From Octopus bimaculoides (taxonomy: Eukaryota), in assembly GCF_001194135.2 (NCBI RefSeq), contig NC_068998.1, positions 13,328,753-13,392,752 of the forward strand: 64,000 bases of DNA, written 5' to 3'. Position 1 is the stretch's first letter; each line of letters starts with the position of its first letter. The translations under genes and the position numbers were made by a program. This document shows positions 12,951-26,267 of this stretch, piece by piece. Below the pieces are notes generated by a model. The model was not told the origin of the DNA and did not search any database. It saw only the letters and a program-made list of their open reading frames with translations.

Positions 12951-14114
12951 TATTGTAGCATACCATAACGAAAATATATATTATACAGAAGTCACATTAA
13001 ATGAAAAGTGTTCCACAGACACCAAGTAAATGCTGACATGAGTAAATTCAATAGTTTGTTAGCTTAATGAGGAAAGACAATATATTCATAGATTCATAGT
13101 CACAGTAGGTAAAATGATCAGAAAAGGTGACTACCAAAATGACTAACAATAAAAGTTTTGATTTTCCATTAACCCTTTTCATACCAACTTACCAGAAACT
13201 GCCCCTAAAGCCTACATCAAAATTTCTTTTTAATTTATGTCTCAAACACCAGTTTAATAATGACACAGTTATTTTAATAATTTCTTCATTATTTTTTGAT
13301 AATTAATTGAAACAAAAGCAGTTTGTTTCATCAGAAATATATTAACAAATGATTAATGTATTTCGTATGACTGTAAATATATGTGGTTTGCTCTGGCAAT
13401 GGCCATTAATACAAATGAGATAACCGTCCCCTCACAACACAAGGCACATTAAGAAATTTGAATTTGAAACTGAAGAATACAAAGAAGTTGCATAAAATTC
13501 ACATATTTAACTTTTCTTTTTTAGCTATTCTTTTTTTTTTTTTACCTCTTACAAAGTTCTGAGAATTTCTTGTTGGTTGTAAACATGCATAGCACTATCT
13601 CATTCTTATTGGAAATCTTCAAAATGACATAACTTGTGACTGATTAATTAGGAGTCGTATTATGAAGTGAGACATTTCATTACAATAAAAGATGAAATTA
13701 ATTACAATCTGGGAAAAAATCATGGACTGTGTTTTTTTTTTTTATTTCTTTAAAAAAAATTTTTTTTCTCATCATAGGACCTTGTAACTGTAAAGTTTAG
13801 CATTGAAATCAACATGCTTCCAATGCAGTTCTGAAATATTCTAATTTTAAATTCTGTTGTTTTCTTATCAAATGTTCACTTTAACAATGTGAAACTGTGT
13901 AAATGAGAATACATTTAAGTTGTGTATTATAACATTGTAATTTAGATGTAGAATTTTGTTAGTTGTTTGTGCCACAACTATTGTTATTATACTCTGTTAT
14001 TTAAAGGAATTACTATTTATGAGTAACACCAGAACCCTCATCATTATTTTTAGCGTTTTCTTTTCCATGCTAGATTGGAACAATTAAATATTTTGTTGAA
14101 TCTATTGGTATCTA

Positions 14115-14350
14115 TTGGAATCTATCTGGTGGCAGTGTCTATCAACTAATCTAAAGAAGATCTTATTCACTCTGCTCTTAACATTTAAAGAGAATGGCAG
14201 CATGAACCACAGTACTTTCTGGTGGCACTTTCTCTTCAGAAGGCCAGGGACCGGCATGTAACTAATATTATCCTTGAAACCGCTGGTAGCCAGAGCCTGG
14301 CTGTAGTATGGAATGGCAGCATCAAAAATTTCTTTGTTTGAAGACAAGCT
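14115..14350 (-). mobile_element. Penelope-like element, RT thumb/linker segment (inverted)
   Basis: SLSSNKEIFDAAIPYYSQALATSGFKDNISY...RKCHQKVLWFMLPFSLNVKSRVNKIFFRLVDRH resembles the PLE LSSNxxIF...Y..AL..SG...WFNPPFS.NV.T..GK.F..LIDKHF region. Confidence 0.8.
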
Positions 14351-14351
14351 G

Positions 14352-14745
14352 AAGACCAGAGTGGGTGATATCTTCTTTAGTTTAGTTGGTAGACACTTCC
14401 CCCGTACCAACAGATTCAGCAAAATATTTAATAGACACCCCCTGAGATTATCCTTTAGCTGTGCACCTAGTGTAAAAAAGATTTTAGTAGGTAAGCCCAC
14501 ACCTGAGGCAGAGGCAGGATGTTCTTGCAGGGTTAACACAACTTGTCCACTGAATGGACACTGCAATATGAAGGTAGTTGTTTACGAGGTAGAAGTAACA
14601 GCAACAGGATGCAATGGACAGCCGAGCATTCAGAAGTATATGTGGGTAATGGAAGGCCCCTTCAGAGCACACCTTAATAACCACACGTCCTCCTTCAACA
14701 TCCCAGTGAAACATAACACCACAACTCTAGCCAAGCAGAGTTCAG
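14352..14745 (+). mobile_element. Penelope-like element, linker plus Cys motif and degenerate GIY-YIG endonuclease
   Basis: KIFNRHPLRLSFSC; CxCx5Cx5C (CSCRVNTTCPLNGHC, 14520-14564); VVYEVEV...KYMWVMEGPF...HTSSF...TTLAK. Confidence 0.8.
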
Positions 14746-14914
14746 TCTGTCACAGTCATACACACTAGGTCACCAGTCTGAAGATGATACTTCTGAGCCT
14801 CACCCTTACACTCACTCACCATTCATAGAACCTCCAAAAGGCAGTAAATGTGCTACCTCTCTGACAATGCTATCCAAAGAATGTAATATATATATGTATA
14901 TATATATATATATA

Positions 14915-15075
14915 TGACAGGCTTTCTGTTACTGTCTACCAAATCTACTCACAAGGCTTTGATCAGCCCAAGGCTATAATAGAAAACTCTTGCCCAAGAT
15001 TCCACACAATGGGACTGCACCTGTAAAACCATGTGGCTGGGAAGCAAGCTTCTTACCACACAGCCATGCTTGTGC
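14915..15075 (-). mobile_element. SINE family A, 5' half; another diverged copy at 15680-15840
   Basis: Reverse-complement match to the family A head and core. Confidence 0.7.
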
Positions 15076-16812
15076 ACACACACACACACACATATATAAC
15101 TAAATGCATGCACATATGATGTTTATGGCAAAACCTCATTAACATAATGATCAGATAGGGATCTTTAAAATAAATTTTTTATCATTTCTAATATGGTTTC
15201 TGACAGCAATAGAAATATTTGCCATCCTATTAATACAAATTCTTGGTATCTCAGCTTGAAAAAAAAAAGACAATATCAAACATTTTCTGATATGCATTCA
15301 TGCGTTTTTTTTCATTTTGTTTTTTCTCATTTCTCTTCCATATCGGAGAAGACAATAATGTTTTACCCCTATCAGTCCACCCTGTGTTACGGGGGGGGGG
15401 GGGCGGAGGGAGTGAGAAAGAAAGAGAGAGTGAGGGAAAGAGCTAGAGAAACAGGGAGTGCAAGATAAGAAAAACTATTTAAAATAGTCCATATCTCTAG
15501 TAGAATAGAGGAGGAAGAGGAGGTTGAAAAGGAGGAGGAAGAAGAGGTTGAAAAGGAGGAGGAAGAAATGGATGAAGAAGAGGAATCAGTGACATCTATT
15601 TACGACCATCACATGATGTCAAGGCAATGAAACAGTAACACTCTCTCTCTCTCTCTCTCTCTTACACACACACACACAATGAGCTTCTTTCAGCTTCTGT
15701 CCACCAAATCAACTCACAAGGTTTTGGTCAGCTTGAAGCTATAGTAGAAGGTACTTGACCAACATGCCTCACAGTGGAACTGAACCTGAAACTACATGAT
15801 TAGGAAGCAAACTTCTTACCATGCACTCATTCCTGCATCTGAAGTTTGGAGAAGAGGGTTAGTTGATACCAAGCCGAAACCCTAAATTGTTTCCAATATC
15901 ATCAGCACAAGGCCTGGAATTTTAGGGCAACATTAGTCAATTATGTTGATCTCAGTATATGAATAAAATAGTTTATTTTATATTATTTAATAGAGGGATG
16001 AGAAACAAACTTGACCTCAGTGGGAATTGAACCCAGAATGTAAAGAGCCAGAATAAAGAGAAGGTAGCTTGTCGGGTAATCTACTGATTCTGAATAATAA
16101 AAGAATAGCACTGCTTTAGTCTTTACAAGACAAATTTACATCCTAACTCTGTAGCATTTGGCAGCGAACTTCAGTACATGCCAGAGATAACCTTCTAATG
16201 AGCCAAGTAGTGCCATGTTTTCTGCAAAAATCAACCAACTGCTCCCATAATCCCTGATTGTGATATCGTTTCTGCAATGGCCCACACATGTCATTCCAGT
16301 TCATAAAAACTGCAAGCAAGTGGCAAAAATGTGGTGGAAAGGAGACTTGTGTAAGTGATGTATTATTATTGCAATGTTATTGCTTTTCGCTTTACGTAAG
16401 TAATTTATTGAGAATGTTTGCTGTAATTACTGATTAGCTATTTACATGTAAACACACTAACAGAGAAATGTGCAATCAGCAACAAACGAATCTGGCCTCA
16501 AACAAAAGGAATTGCTAAATAATGGAAACTATATCATTTGACAAAAGGTCAAAAGTGGAATGCATAGTAAGAATTTAATGCAAATGAAACCTGTGGACTT
16601 CAGAATCACTAGAAAAAATAAATTTGTGATTAATGAAATTGTTGGTAAAAGATTGGACTTTCCTCAAGTCCCATCAATAAAGCAGAAAAAAAATATAAAT
16701 GAATATGATGGGAATACATTTCCATACAACATACATATTCTATAGTCATGCTTTAATCCTTAAAATTAAGATACTACAGCATACATGTGTATTATCTGGA
16801 AAGACATAACCA

Positions 16813-16980
16813 TACGAGGGGTTACTAAATAGTTCCTAGCTTTGGGTTAAATGAAAATACTAGAGGATCAGTTAATTATGATTTTATTCAAGATATTCCC
16901 CTCTCAGATTCAGACAATTATTGCAGCAGTCCTTCAGTTTTTCTAAGCCCTATAAAAGACCTCGGAAGGTATAGCCGCAG
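16813..16980 (-). mobile_element. Mariner transposon 3' end with TIR
   Basis: TA then CGAGGGGTTACTAAATAGTTCC TIR; minus strand gives, with one frameshift, LEKLKDCCNNCLNLRGEYLE-stop, a mariner-type C-terminus. Confidence 0.7.
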
Positions 16981-17234
16981 TCAAATAACTGAAACAAGTA
17001 AAAGAAGGAAAGGAAAATAAGAAAAGCTTTGGAATAGAATATTCCAGAAATCTTGGTTATTTTCACTCATTGTTGAGTAATACCAGCAGCCATGTATTTC
17101 TCCTACTACAAGAAAACCATTCTGGCCCTTTCCTTCATACTTTAACATTTCATCACCCCACATAAACCTGCCCTTCACTCTACTATATCCCCACTCTGTT
17201 GTACCCTTACTCAGTCAGTGAGGATGTTAGTCTT

Positions 17235-17465
17235 GCACATAACATAGCGCCCTCACAAGTGCTGGTGCCACAAAAAAAAAAAAACAGAAAGGTATCCAGC
17301 ACACTCTGTAAAACAGTTGGCACTGAGGAGGTGATCCAGCCATAGAAACTATGCCAAAGTAGGCACCAAAGAACAATTCAGTCCTTTCAACCTGTCAGAC
17401 CCTGTAGAACTATTCAACCTGTGTCAGCATGGAAAATAAACAATAAAAGGTGATGATGATGATGG
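17235..17465 (+). mobile_element. Diverged RTE-type 3' tail ending in (GAT)n
   Basis: Decayed GTTGGC...GGAAGGGCATCCAGC...AGAAAC motif, then CAGCATGGAAAA and (GAT)n. Confidence 0.55.
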
Positions 17466-18364
17466 AGGTGGTGGTGCTGGTGGTGGCAGTGGCAGTGGTG
17501 GTGGTGGTGGTAGTTGTTGTGGTTGTGTTGTTGTTGGTGGTGGTGGTGGTGGTGATGGTGGCAGTGCTGGTGGATATTTTCTATATGACACTAGTCTAGA
17601 AGCGGAAATAGCTAATGATTTAAAATGCCTAGCTTTTTTTTTTTTTTCCCTATGTATCAGTGAAAAGATACTTCCAAAGATAAAAATTTAATCATAAAAT
17701 AGCAATAACAATAGAAAGCAAAACACCCCCCCCCAAAAAAAAACAACCCCTTGCATATCTGGCCAAGGTAGGTTTAGAGAAAACAGATACAAATATGAAT
17801 ATCACCAGGATAAACAAAACGATATATTACAGTAGGATACTTTCTCAAATTTACTGAGATAGAAACATCTATATTGAAGCAAACAACTCAGGGAAAACAA
17901 ACGTTGAGGGAAAGATGGGAAATGAAATAAAAGATCTTGCAATTCTTACAGAAATCAACACTGAGTATACACAAATTAGAAAAACATACAAAGAGAAGGA
18001 GAGAGAGAGGGGAGAGAGACGGGAGGGGGAGAGAGAAAGAAAGAAAGGAAGAGAATGAGAGAGAGAAAAAAAGAAAGAAAGACTGAGAGGGAGAAATAAT
18101 GCAGATATGCAATTTGAATAGAAGAAAGAAAAAAATGAGAATTAAAAAAAATATTTAAAGTAAGGGATCCTGGATAAATTGTAAATAATCCATCGTTATG
18201 AAAACAACAAATGATTCTATGAAAAAAACGCTGTCTGAAGATGCCTACACAAAAGGATTCAAGTAAAACTGAAGTAAAAACAAAATGGAGATGAAATCAA
18301 TATCAATAATAAGAAGCAAAATTTTGTGGGGGAGGAATCATCAAAGATGGAGAATGTGGAAAAC

Positions 18365-18605
18365 AACATCATCATCGTCATTTCAGCATCTACTTTTCCA
18401 TGCTTTTCCATGGGTCAGACTGAATTTGTTGAGGTGAATTTTCTATGACTGGATGTCCCTCCTGTCCTCAACCTTCAATTGTTTCCACTTAAGATGATAT
18501 TTCCCTGAGAGACCAGACATGTTTTTATGGAAGATTGGAAATGAAGGACACCACTTGTATGATGGTGATACTTGTTTACAACTACCATGTGATGTCAAGG
18601 CAAGG
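18365..18605 (-). mobile_element. SINE-like element with RTE-type 3' tail
   Basis: CTGGATGTCCCTCCTGTC motif and (CAT)n start on the plus strand. Confidence 0.5.
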
Positions 18606-19224
18606 AAACAGCAACACACACACATGCATACACTCTCACATAGACACTCACACACATACACACATACACACAAACAGAAACACACATACATATATATGAC
18701 TGGCTTCTCTTAGTTTCCATTTATCAAATCCATTCACAAGGCTTCGATCATTCAGAGGTTATAGTAAAACACGCTTACCCAAGGTGCTAACCCAGTGAGT
18801 AAATGGCAATAATTCTATTGATAGAAATCAATGAGTGAATTATTAGAATGAATCCTATTACAGTTAGTAGAGGAATTTTCCATTCCTTTTCTGCTTGGTA
18901 TTAATTACTTCAATAAACAGGTTTCTGAAGTCAGAAACAAATGCTATGGAAAGACAGTGACTCATCTCTTGTATATGGATAAGCAAGTTGTATGCTGCAT
19001 GTGACAACAATTGGAGATATTGTCAGATACAGAACATGAATTTAGCAGAAGAACTGACATAATGTTAAGTTTTTTGTGTAAAGGTAAAAAAAAAAAAAAA
19101 TGTCAAGGCAACTTTGAAAAGAAGAAAAAGTCTATAAAGCCACTAATATCTTGTTACAATGGCAAATTAACAGGTATTGGAAAGAAGGTCATGCAATATT
19201 TACCTCAACTCACTGACAAAAGAA

Positions 19225-19485
19225 AAGGTAAAGTTATTTTCTCAAGTCATGCTGATTCACAAAGGCCAGTTTCCTGGTTTCATGGCAAATAAATTCCCCA
19301 CCTGGACAGGACACGAATCCATCACAAGATTACTCATATTTGGCAGCTGAGTGGACTCATGCAATGTGGAATGAAGTTTTGCTCAAGAACACGTGTCATT
19401 TGGTCAAGGAATCGAAACCACAATCTTACAGTCATGAGTCCAACGCCCTGACCACTAGGCCACGTGCCTCCACTTCCAACTCAGT
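19225..19485 (-). mobile_element. SINE family B variant with alternative tail; sister copy at 60500-60750
   Basis: Shares tRNA-like head and TTGCTCAAGAACAC core with family B but has a different 3' half. Confidence 0.65.
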
Positions 19486-19802
19486 GCATGCACCCAGAAC
19501 TGAAACTCTGTCATGGTCAACTTCACTTTTCTGAGGAGTCAATAAATGAAGTACCAGTCCAGGGCTGTAGATGGATGCGATTGCTATAGCAACAGACAAG
19601 CTGTCTTGCCACTTCTTTTCTAGCTCTTTATCTTCCATTCTGAATTTAAAATCCCACCTTCTGCTATCAAGAGAGACAACAGTGACACATTTATCAGCAG
19701 CGACGATCAGCAATTTGGTAAGCCAAATGGAAACATTGTGTTCTTTGCTTGAATCAGCCGTGATTTAATGTGATGATGTGATAACACGTTGACAGGAAAA
19801 TA

Positions 19803-20030
19803 ATCATCATCATCATCATCATCATCGTTTAACGTCCGCTTTCCATGCTAGCATGGGTTGGACGATTTGATTGAGGACTGGTGAAACCGGATGGCAACAC
19901 CAGGCTCCAATCTAAATTTGGCAGAGTTTCTACAGCTGGATGCCCTTCCTAACGCCAACCACTCAGAGAGTGTAGTAGGTGCTTTTACGTGTCACCCGCA
20001 TGAAGGCCAGTCAGGCGATACTGGCAATGG
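19803..20030 (-). mobile_element. 5'-truncated RTE LINE 3' end
   Basis: (CAT)n CGTTTAACGTCCGCTTTCCATGCTAGCATGGG...CAGCTGGATGCCCTTCCTAACGCCAACC; matches the 3' UTR of the RTE at 30090-31325. Confidence 0.85.
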
Positions 20031-20384
20031 CCAGTATAAGAAAATTAAAATCAAACATACAGATGCAACATTGATTATCGGGAACCTTTGATTACAAAGC
20101 CTTTCGAAATTACTGGATTTCTTCAAATGAAGGGTAGTCACCTCTAAATTAAACATTTCCAATTTACTTGGAAAATTAAATGAAGTACAAGTATTTGTAC
20201 TTTAATATAAATGATACCACTTTATTAGTGGTATCATTTATATTAGTTTCAGATTTTGGCCTGCAGGTTTGGGTTAGGGGTGAAGTCAATTAAACTCCTC
20301 TGATACCAACGTGCCTGAGACCACCCTAGGTTCCCAGATTAGTTATGTTTAATGAAAAGTAACTAATCTACCTAAGTTTTTACA

Positions 20385-21200
20385 AATTCTCCTTTGAAAT
20401 AGTCACCTTGTGCAACAATACACTGATCGTAGCATTCCTGCCATCTTTGGAATCCAGTCTGGAAGTTGTTTTCTATAAGTGTGTTGAGGAACTTCTGTAA
20501 TTCATTCTAGATCTTGAAAATGGTGTTAAAACGGTGACCTTTGAGCTGCATTTTCATTTTGGAGAAGAGATGGAAGTTTGCAAGTGCTAAATCTGGTGAA
20601 TAGGACAGGTGCAGAAATAACACCATGTTATTTTTGGCAAGAAACACACAAGGGAGGAGACCTCACTGACAGGGTGCATTGCCATCATGAAAAATCCAGT
20701 TCTCTGTGCTCCACAGAGCTGGTCACTTTCACCAAATGTCTTCCCTCAAACACTTCAAAACGTCACAGTAGAACTCTTGATTGATGGTCTGGTCCTGGGG
20801 GGATGAAGTCTCAATGCACAATACCACATTTGTTGGGTTGATGCTCATGGCAGGTCTTCCAGATCGCTCATCATCTCCCAGGGACGTTTTCCCACTTCTG
20901 AATTGTCCGTACCACTCGAAACAGATTCGAACATGTATCTGCCAGATTCATGTTCAAACACCACCAGTGATCAGTTATTCACATTTGCATCTGCTAAAAC
21001 GTATTAAGAATGAATTGATGCTTGGATTCTTGCTATTCTGCGTGCACCCAATAAATTTTCATCTGCTTGGCAGGCACCGGTATACATCAGCAAATAGTTT
21101 GTTTACTGTTTCCTTTAAACAAGAGCTCATGTTCTTGTGAGATTCATTACTCCAGGGTAGCTTTGACTGAAGAGATGCACAATGATGTCAAAACACTGTG
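20385..21200 (-). mobile_element. Internally deleted, decayed mariner transposase
   Basis: FEWYGQFRSGKTSL HTH region joined to GIVH.DFIPQDQTINQEFYCDVL...WIFHDGNAP...YSPDLALANFHLFSKMKMQLKGHRF...QRWQECYDQCIVAQGDYFKG; several stops; segment with the first catalytic Asp is missing. Confidence 0.88.
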
Positions 21201-22714
21201 ATATCTCAAAGTCCCCTTACACCAATGAATCATGCGTATTAGGATCACATAACACTTTATCGGAGGATGTCCTCCGAAAACGAATAACTACTGTGATTAG
21301 ATATTCACCTTTGAATTTACCAGAAAGTATCAAGAACCCTATCTACTATAGGTACAAGACCTTAAATTTTGTGAGAAGGGGGTTAGTTGATTACATCGAT
21401 ACCAATCCTCAACAGGTATTTATTTTATCAACCCTAAAATGATGATAGGCAAAGTTGATCTGGGCAGTTTGAACTCAGAATGTAAAGCTGGAAAAAGTGC
21501 TGTAAAGCCTTTTGTCTGGCATGCTAATGATTCTTATTTCTTTATTGCCCACAAGGGGCTAAACATAGAGGGGACAAACGGATTAAGTTGATTACATCGA
21601 CCCCAGTGCATAACCGGTACTTAATTGGCATACTAATGATTCTGCCAGCTTGCTACCTAAGAAAGTATTAGCCCGTTAGCATTTACATTATTTTGTTAAA
21701 TGTAATACTTAATTGCGTTGTTTTGGATTTATCATGCATTATCATATACCTAAGAGATTTTGATGAGGTAACAGTTAATTCTTAGAATGATATTTTATGG
21801 CAGGTGTGAGAGGCCACATCTGGCCAGTTTAACCATTTCATCCAGTCATATCCATCCCAAATATTCTACCTGTTTTAAGTTAAAACTGACCTGATACAGC
21901 CTCATACATCTACCCTACGTGTCATTCTAAACATATACAAACACACTGTTGAAATCTTGAAGCTATAAAATAATGCATGACTAATTCAAGACAATGTGAG
22001 TAAATAAGCATTACATTTGATAAAGAAATCTGAATACTAAAGGGTTAAACAAAACAGGTAAAATACTTTGCCCAGATATAGCCAGTTTAAAAACTAATGG
22101 ATTAAGAATGAATTGATATGATAATGACATAATGTTATGGGTTTCTGAGCAAAAAATGTCAAGGCAAACTTGAGAAAAAAAAATTGATAAAAACCATTAA
22201 TATCATGTAAGAGTGACAAATTATCAGAATCATTAAATCTCTGAACTTAGTGTGTTGGACTCATGATCATAAGATTGTGGTTTCAATTCCTGGACTGGGC
22301 AATGCATTGTGTTCTTGAGTAAAGCATTTCATTTTATGTTGTTCCAGTCCGCTCAACTGGCAAAAATGAGTGATCCTGTGATAGACCGGCACCCCAACCA
22401 GTGGGGGAATGTATATGCCATGGAGACTGGGAAACCAGCCCTTATGAGTCAGTAAGACTCAAGAAGTTAACTTTACTTTTAAGTCTTCAGTCTTGGAATT
22501 ACACAGAAGTCTCAGAAGCATCATCATGCTAAATTTAGAGAATTTTACCTGATATTTCATAGAATGCCTCTTCTAATGCAGTGTTTAGATGCCCCTTAAA
22601 ACAGAGAGGTGTTAATTTTCTTCTGACCCTCCTTGGGATTAGATCCTGAAATAATCAGTTTGGTTTTAGAAAACTCTCCCAATTACCTTTGACTTGTTTT
22701 AGTCATCTGGTGGG

Positions 22715-22930
22715 TCACCACCTTGAAGGGTTTTAGTCAAACAAATCGACCCCCAGGACTTATTTTTTCCTGAGTCTAATATTTATCTCAATATCGTTTT
22801 GCATTTTGGAACTACTAAGTTACAGGGATGTAAACACACCAACACCAATTGTCAAGCAGTGGTGGGGGACAGACACAGACACAAAGACACACATGCAGAG
22901 CTATATACATATATACATAAATATATACAT

Positions 22931-22971
<41 letters not shown>

Positions 22972-23084
22972 CATATATAGATACATATATGTATATGTAT
23001 GTGTGTATATACATATATATATATCTCATCATCATCGTTTAATGTTCGTCTTCCATGCTAGCATGGGTGGGACTATATATATAC

Positions 23085-23180
<96 letters not shown>

Positions 23181-23310
23181 GGTTTCTTTAAGCTTCTGTC
23201 TACCAAATCTACCGACAAAGCTTTGGTTGGCCCAAGGCTATAGTAGCAGACACTTTCCCAAGGTGCCATGCTGTGGGACTAAAAACAAGCTTCTTACAAC
23301 ACAACCACAT
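22715..23310 (-). mobile_element. SINE family A interrupted by expanded (TA)n and a short RTE tail (23025-23072)
   Basis: Tail at 22715-22890, head at 23178-23310, RTE tail CTCATCATCATCGTTTAATGTTCGTCTTCCATGCTAGCATGGG between them. Confidence 0.8.
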
Positions 23311-24094
23311 CACTATTTTTCCAGTAAGTTTATTCATTCTAAAACCTCAGTCTGCATAACAACAAAAGCAAAATTGGCTCCTTTAGCACAAACGCTACAG
23401 TGATTATTTCTCCTGACTAATCATAATTGTCTCTGTGTGATTATTGATGGTATTTTGTATTCTTTTATCATTTAAAATATTTGTTAAATTGTCTGAAAAA
23501 TGTCTCTTCTCATTAAAGGTTTTTTAAATATTCATTTTTGTTTTTATTCTTCATTCTGTAAGCGTTCATTTTGAGTTTCAATTTGTTTCTTTTTTTATGC
23601 TGTTTCTCTTTTATTTGTTTAGGGTGCTGTTGAATTTTTTTTTCTTTCTTAAGGGCAAGGGTTATTCAATTGTAGAAATGTCATCAAAATGTAAAGCTAA
23701 ATCAAATGTGAAGTCTGTAAAGACAAGCAAGCCTTTTCCTTCTGTTTCTTTTTTTTTCTTCCTTGTTTACCTCCAGCTATTGGAGACATACATCAACAGT
23801 TAACTTAGCTTTATTTGCAGGAACTTCAAAGGTAAATGGTTTGTTTGGTAATGCTTGAAATAAAGTCTAGGTCAGATTCAACGAAACACACTTACACACT
23901 ATTGCAGTCAGGAATAATAATCTTTTCTACCACCACAACCACCATCACCATCACATCATGATTATTATTAATGTCCATGCTCTATGCTGGCATGGAATTA
24001 GCAGTTTGATAGGAAACAATATCTCCAGGGGCAGCACCGTTCCCCAATTTCTGCTTTGGCATGGTGAGTTTTATGACTAGATGCCCCTTCTGAT

Positions 24095-25110
24095 ACCAAC
24101 AACTTTTTTGTTCTCCTTCATGACAGAATGAAGCTTCTTACATCTCTCATAGTTTTCAAGTCATTAGGTGTTTCAAGATATTTGGCAAGTCTAACTGTGG
24201 TGGTTTTATAAGAGATTTCAAATTGGATCAAGCCTCAACCTCCTTGGGCTCTGAGAAGATAAAGACAATCCATGTCTGCTATTGGATGGCAAATTTTATT
24301 GTAAGTTAGCAGCTTACAAATTTTCCTGTCAGTTTTCTTTATTTCGCTGATATTCCATTTCAACACATCGAAGCTATAATTAACAACTGAAACTGCTAAG
24401 GAATTTATGGCTAACACCTTGTTATAAGCGTTCAGCTCAGATTTCAGAATGCTTGAACTCTCTTGTAACATTCCTTCTTTATCTTCTCTTTCATGCTTAC
24501 ATGCTGAATGCCAGAGCCTTCTGCATACTTGCATGTCTTACAAAATACAAGCTTATTCAGCATTTTCTGCTTCATTTCTATCATAGACTCTCTGCAAATA
24601 TGTGGTCTTCAAATACTGTTTTTTATTGCTTTCTTGACTATCAGGTTCATTACAATTCATTTCTTCAGACATTTGCATGTTCTGGTGAGATGGCAGTCTT
24701 TGAATTGAGACTCATGAAGTGCTGCTTTCTTTGTCTGATTCTTCATTTCTTTTCTGTCTTATCTTTAGGTCATTTTCCACTGTATGCTTAATCGTGGTTA
24801 TTTCACCCTCTGTGAGTTTATTATTTCTAAAGATATCCCTCTTAACATTTGCTAACTTGTTTTCATCTAAATAGGGTCTGCTGTCCTGATTTCATGTTCT
24901 CCACATTTGATAAGTATGTATCTCTCTTCGGATGGCTTACCTAATGTATAGTAGTAAGTGTATATTACTTCTTTATACTCTTCTCGGGTCCATTTGATCC
25001 TCTTGCATTTTACTTTCTGTGGTGGATATGGTGGTGAACTTGGAGGGCTCGAGTTGGAGTAGTTCCTGTTCAAGTGACCAACCAGGTTCTTTTATTAGAG
25101 AAGAGCTTGT
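24095..25110 (-). mobile_element. R4/Dong-like LINE, internally deleted (N-terminus fused to RT thumb)
   Basis: KWTREEYKEVIYTYYY...YLDENKLANVKRDIFRNNKLT, then EGSGIQHVSMKEKIKKECYKRVQA and ILKSELNAYNKVLAINSLAVSVVNYSF...DRKICKLL...HPIADMDCLYLLRAQGG; frameshifts and stops. Confidence 0.8.
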
Positions 25111-25179
25111 GCCAGTAGATGATATCTTGACCCTAGGCTGTCTCTCCTGGGGGACACACTTCCAGATTAACCATAGAAC

Positions 25180-25580
25180 AAGCGATTTGGTGTACTGTTT
25201 TAATCTTCCATTCAAGTTGGATTTCAACACCATCTTCACCCTTTTTTGATACGCCTCACTGACCTTGACTTTCATTTCTCTGTGTAAAATGTCATCCAGC
25301 TCCAAACTCTCTAAATATCTATACCCACTACCATCGGGTTCACCCATTGTCTCTTCTGATGGTAACCGCAATCCTCTGCAGGCTGCTTTCTTCCCTCTTT
25401 TCATATTAAGTACTGAGCATTTGGTAATCCCAAATTCCATACCAATGTCCCTGCCACACTTCAGGACTGTTTTGGTTAAGGAATCTATCTGTTTTCCAGA
25501 TTTCCCAAACAATTTCATGTCATCCATAAGCAGAAGATGGTTCAATGATGGGCCTTTCTTCCCACATTGGTAACCCATCT
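25180..25580 (-). mobile_element. Second R4/Dong-like RT fragment, different subfamily
   Basis: LNHLLLMDDMKLFGKS...IGMEFGITKCSVLNMKRGK...YRYLE...EMKVKVSEAYQKRVKMVLKSNLNG (the xMDD motif through RT domain 7). Confidence 0.88.
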
Positions 25581-26224
25581 TAACTTTCCTAAGTGTCGTC
25601 ATCGTCGTCGTCGTCGTCGTCGTCATCATCATCATCATAGAACTACTGTACTCAACAGTCTGCATGGTTAATTAACTCGTTCCAGTTGGTTATTTTACAA
25701 TGTTGGTGTTTGATCTGTCAAATCACCTTCTCTGTTGATTGCTATCACCCTTCTCCCTCCTAGATTTGTTGTGGCTATTCTTCAGTTATTAAGCAGCCAT
25801 CTCTAATAGCTTCACAATTCAGACATTGCAGGCAATTCCAATGAACCGTGTGAAGAAATATATGTATGTACAAGCAAGCAGTCACATGAATATTTCTACA
25901 ATTACACACTCACACATGCACATGCAGACACACACATGCACACATACATACACACACATTATATAAAATATATATGGATAAACATTTATATAGACATATG
26001 CATGCACACATATCTAGCTCAATATATGAAAGTTATATATATGTACATATATATACACGCATACATACATATGTAAAATTATAATAAGGGTGTTGAATAA
26101 TTACAACACCAATATGCTAGAAATAAACCCTAAAAGTCTATGAACCACTTAGATTTTTACTCCACTACCCAATGCAAATAATGATTTTATCCTAATTATG
26201 TATAAAAATACATACATATGTATG

Positions 26225-26267
<43 letters not shown>

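Noticed and set aside
17318-17365. Hammerhead-like TTGGCA-CTGAGGA...GAAAC-TA-TGCCAA
   Set aside because: Only one base between A15.1 and U16.1, poor stem II, and it derives from the decayed RTE tail motif GTTGGCGTTAGGAAGGGCATCCAGCTGTAGAAACTCTGCCAA.
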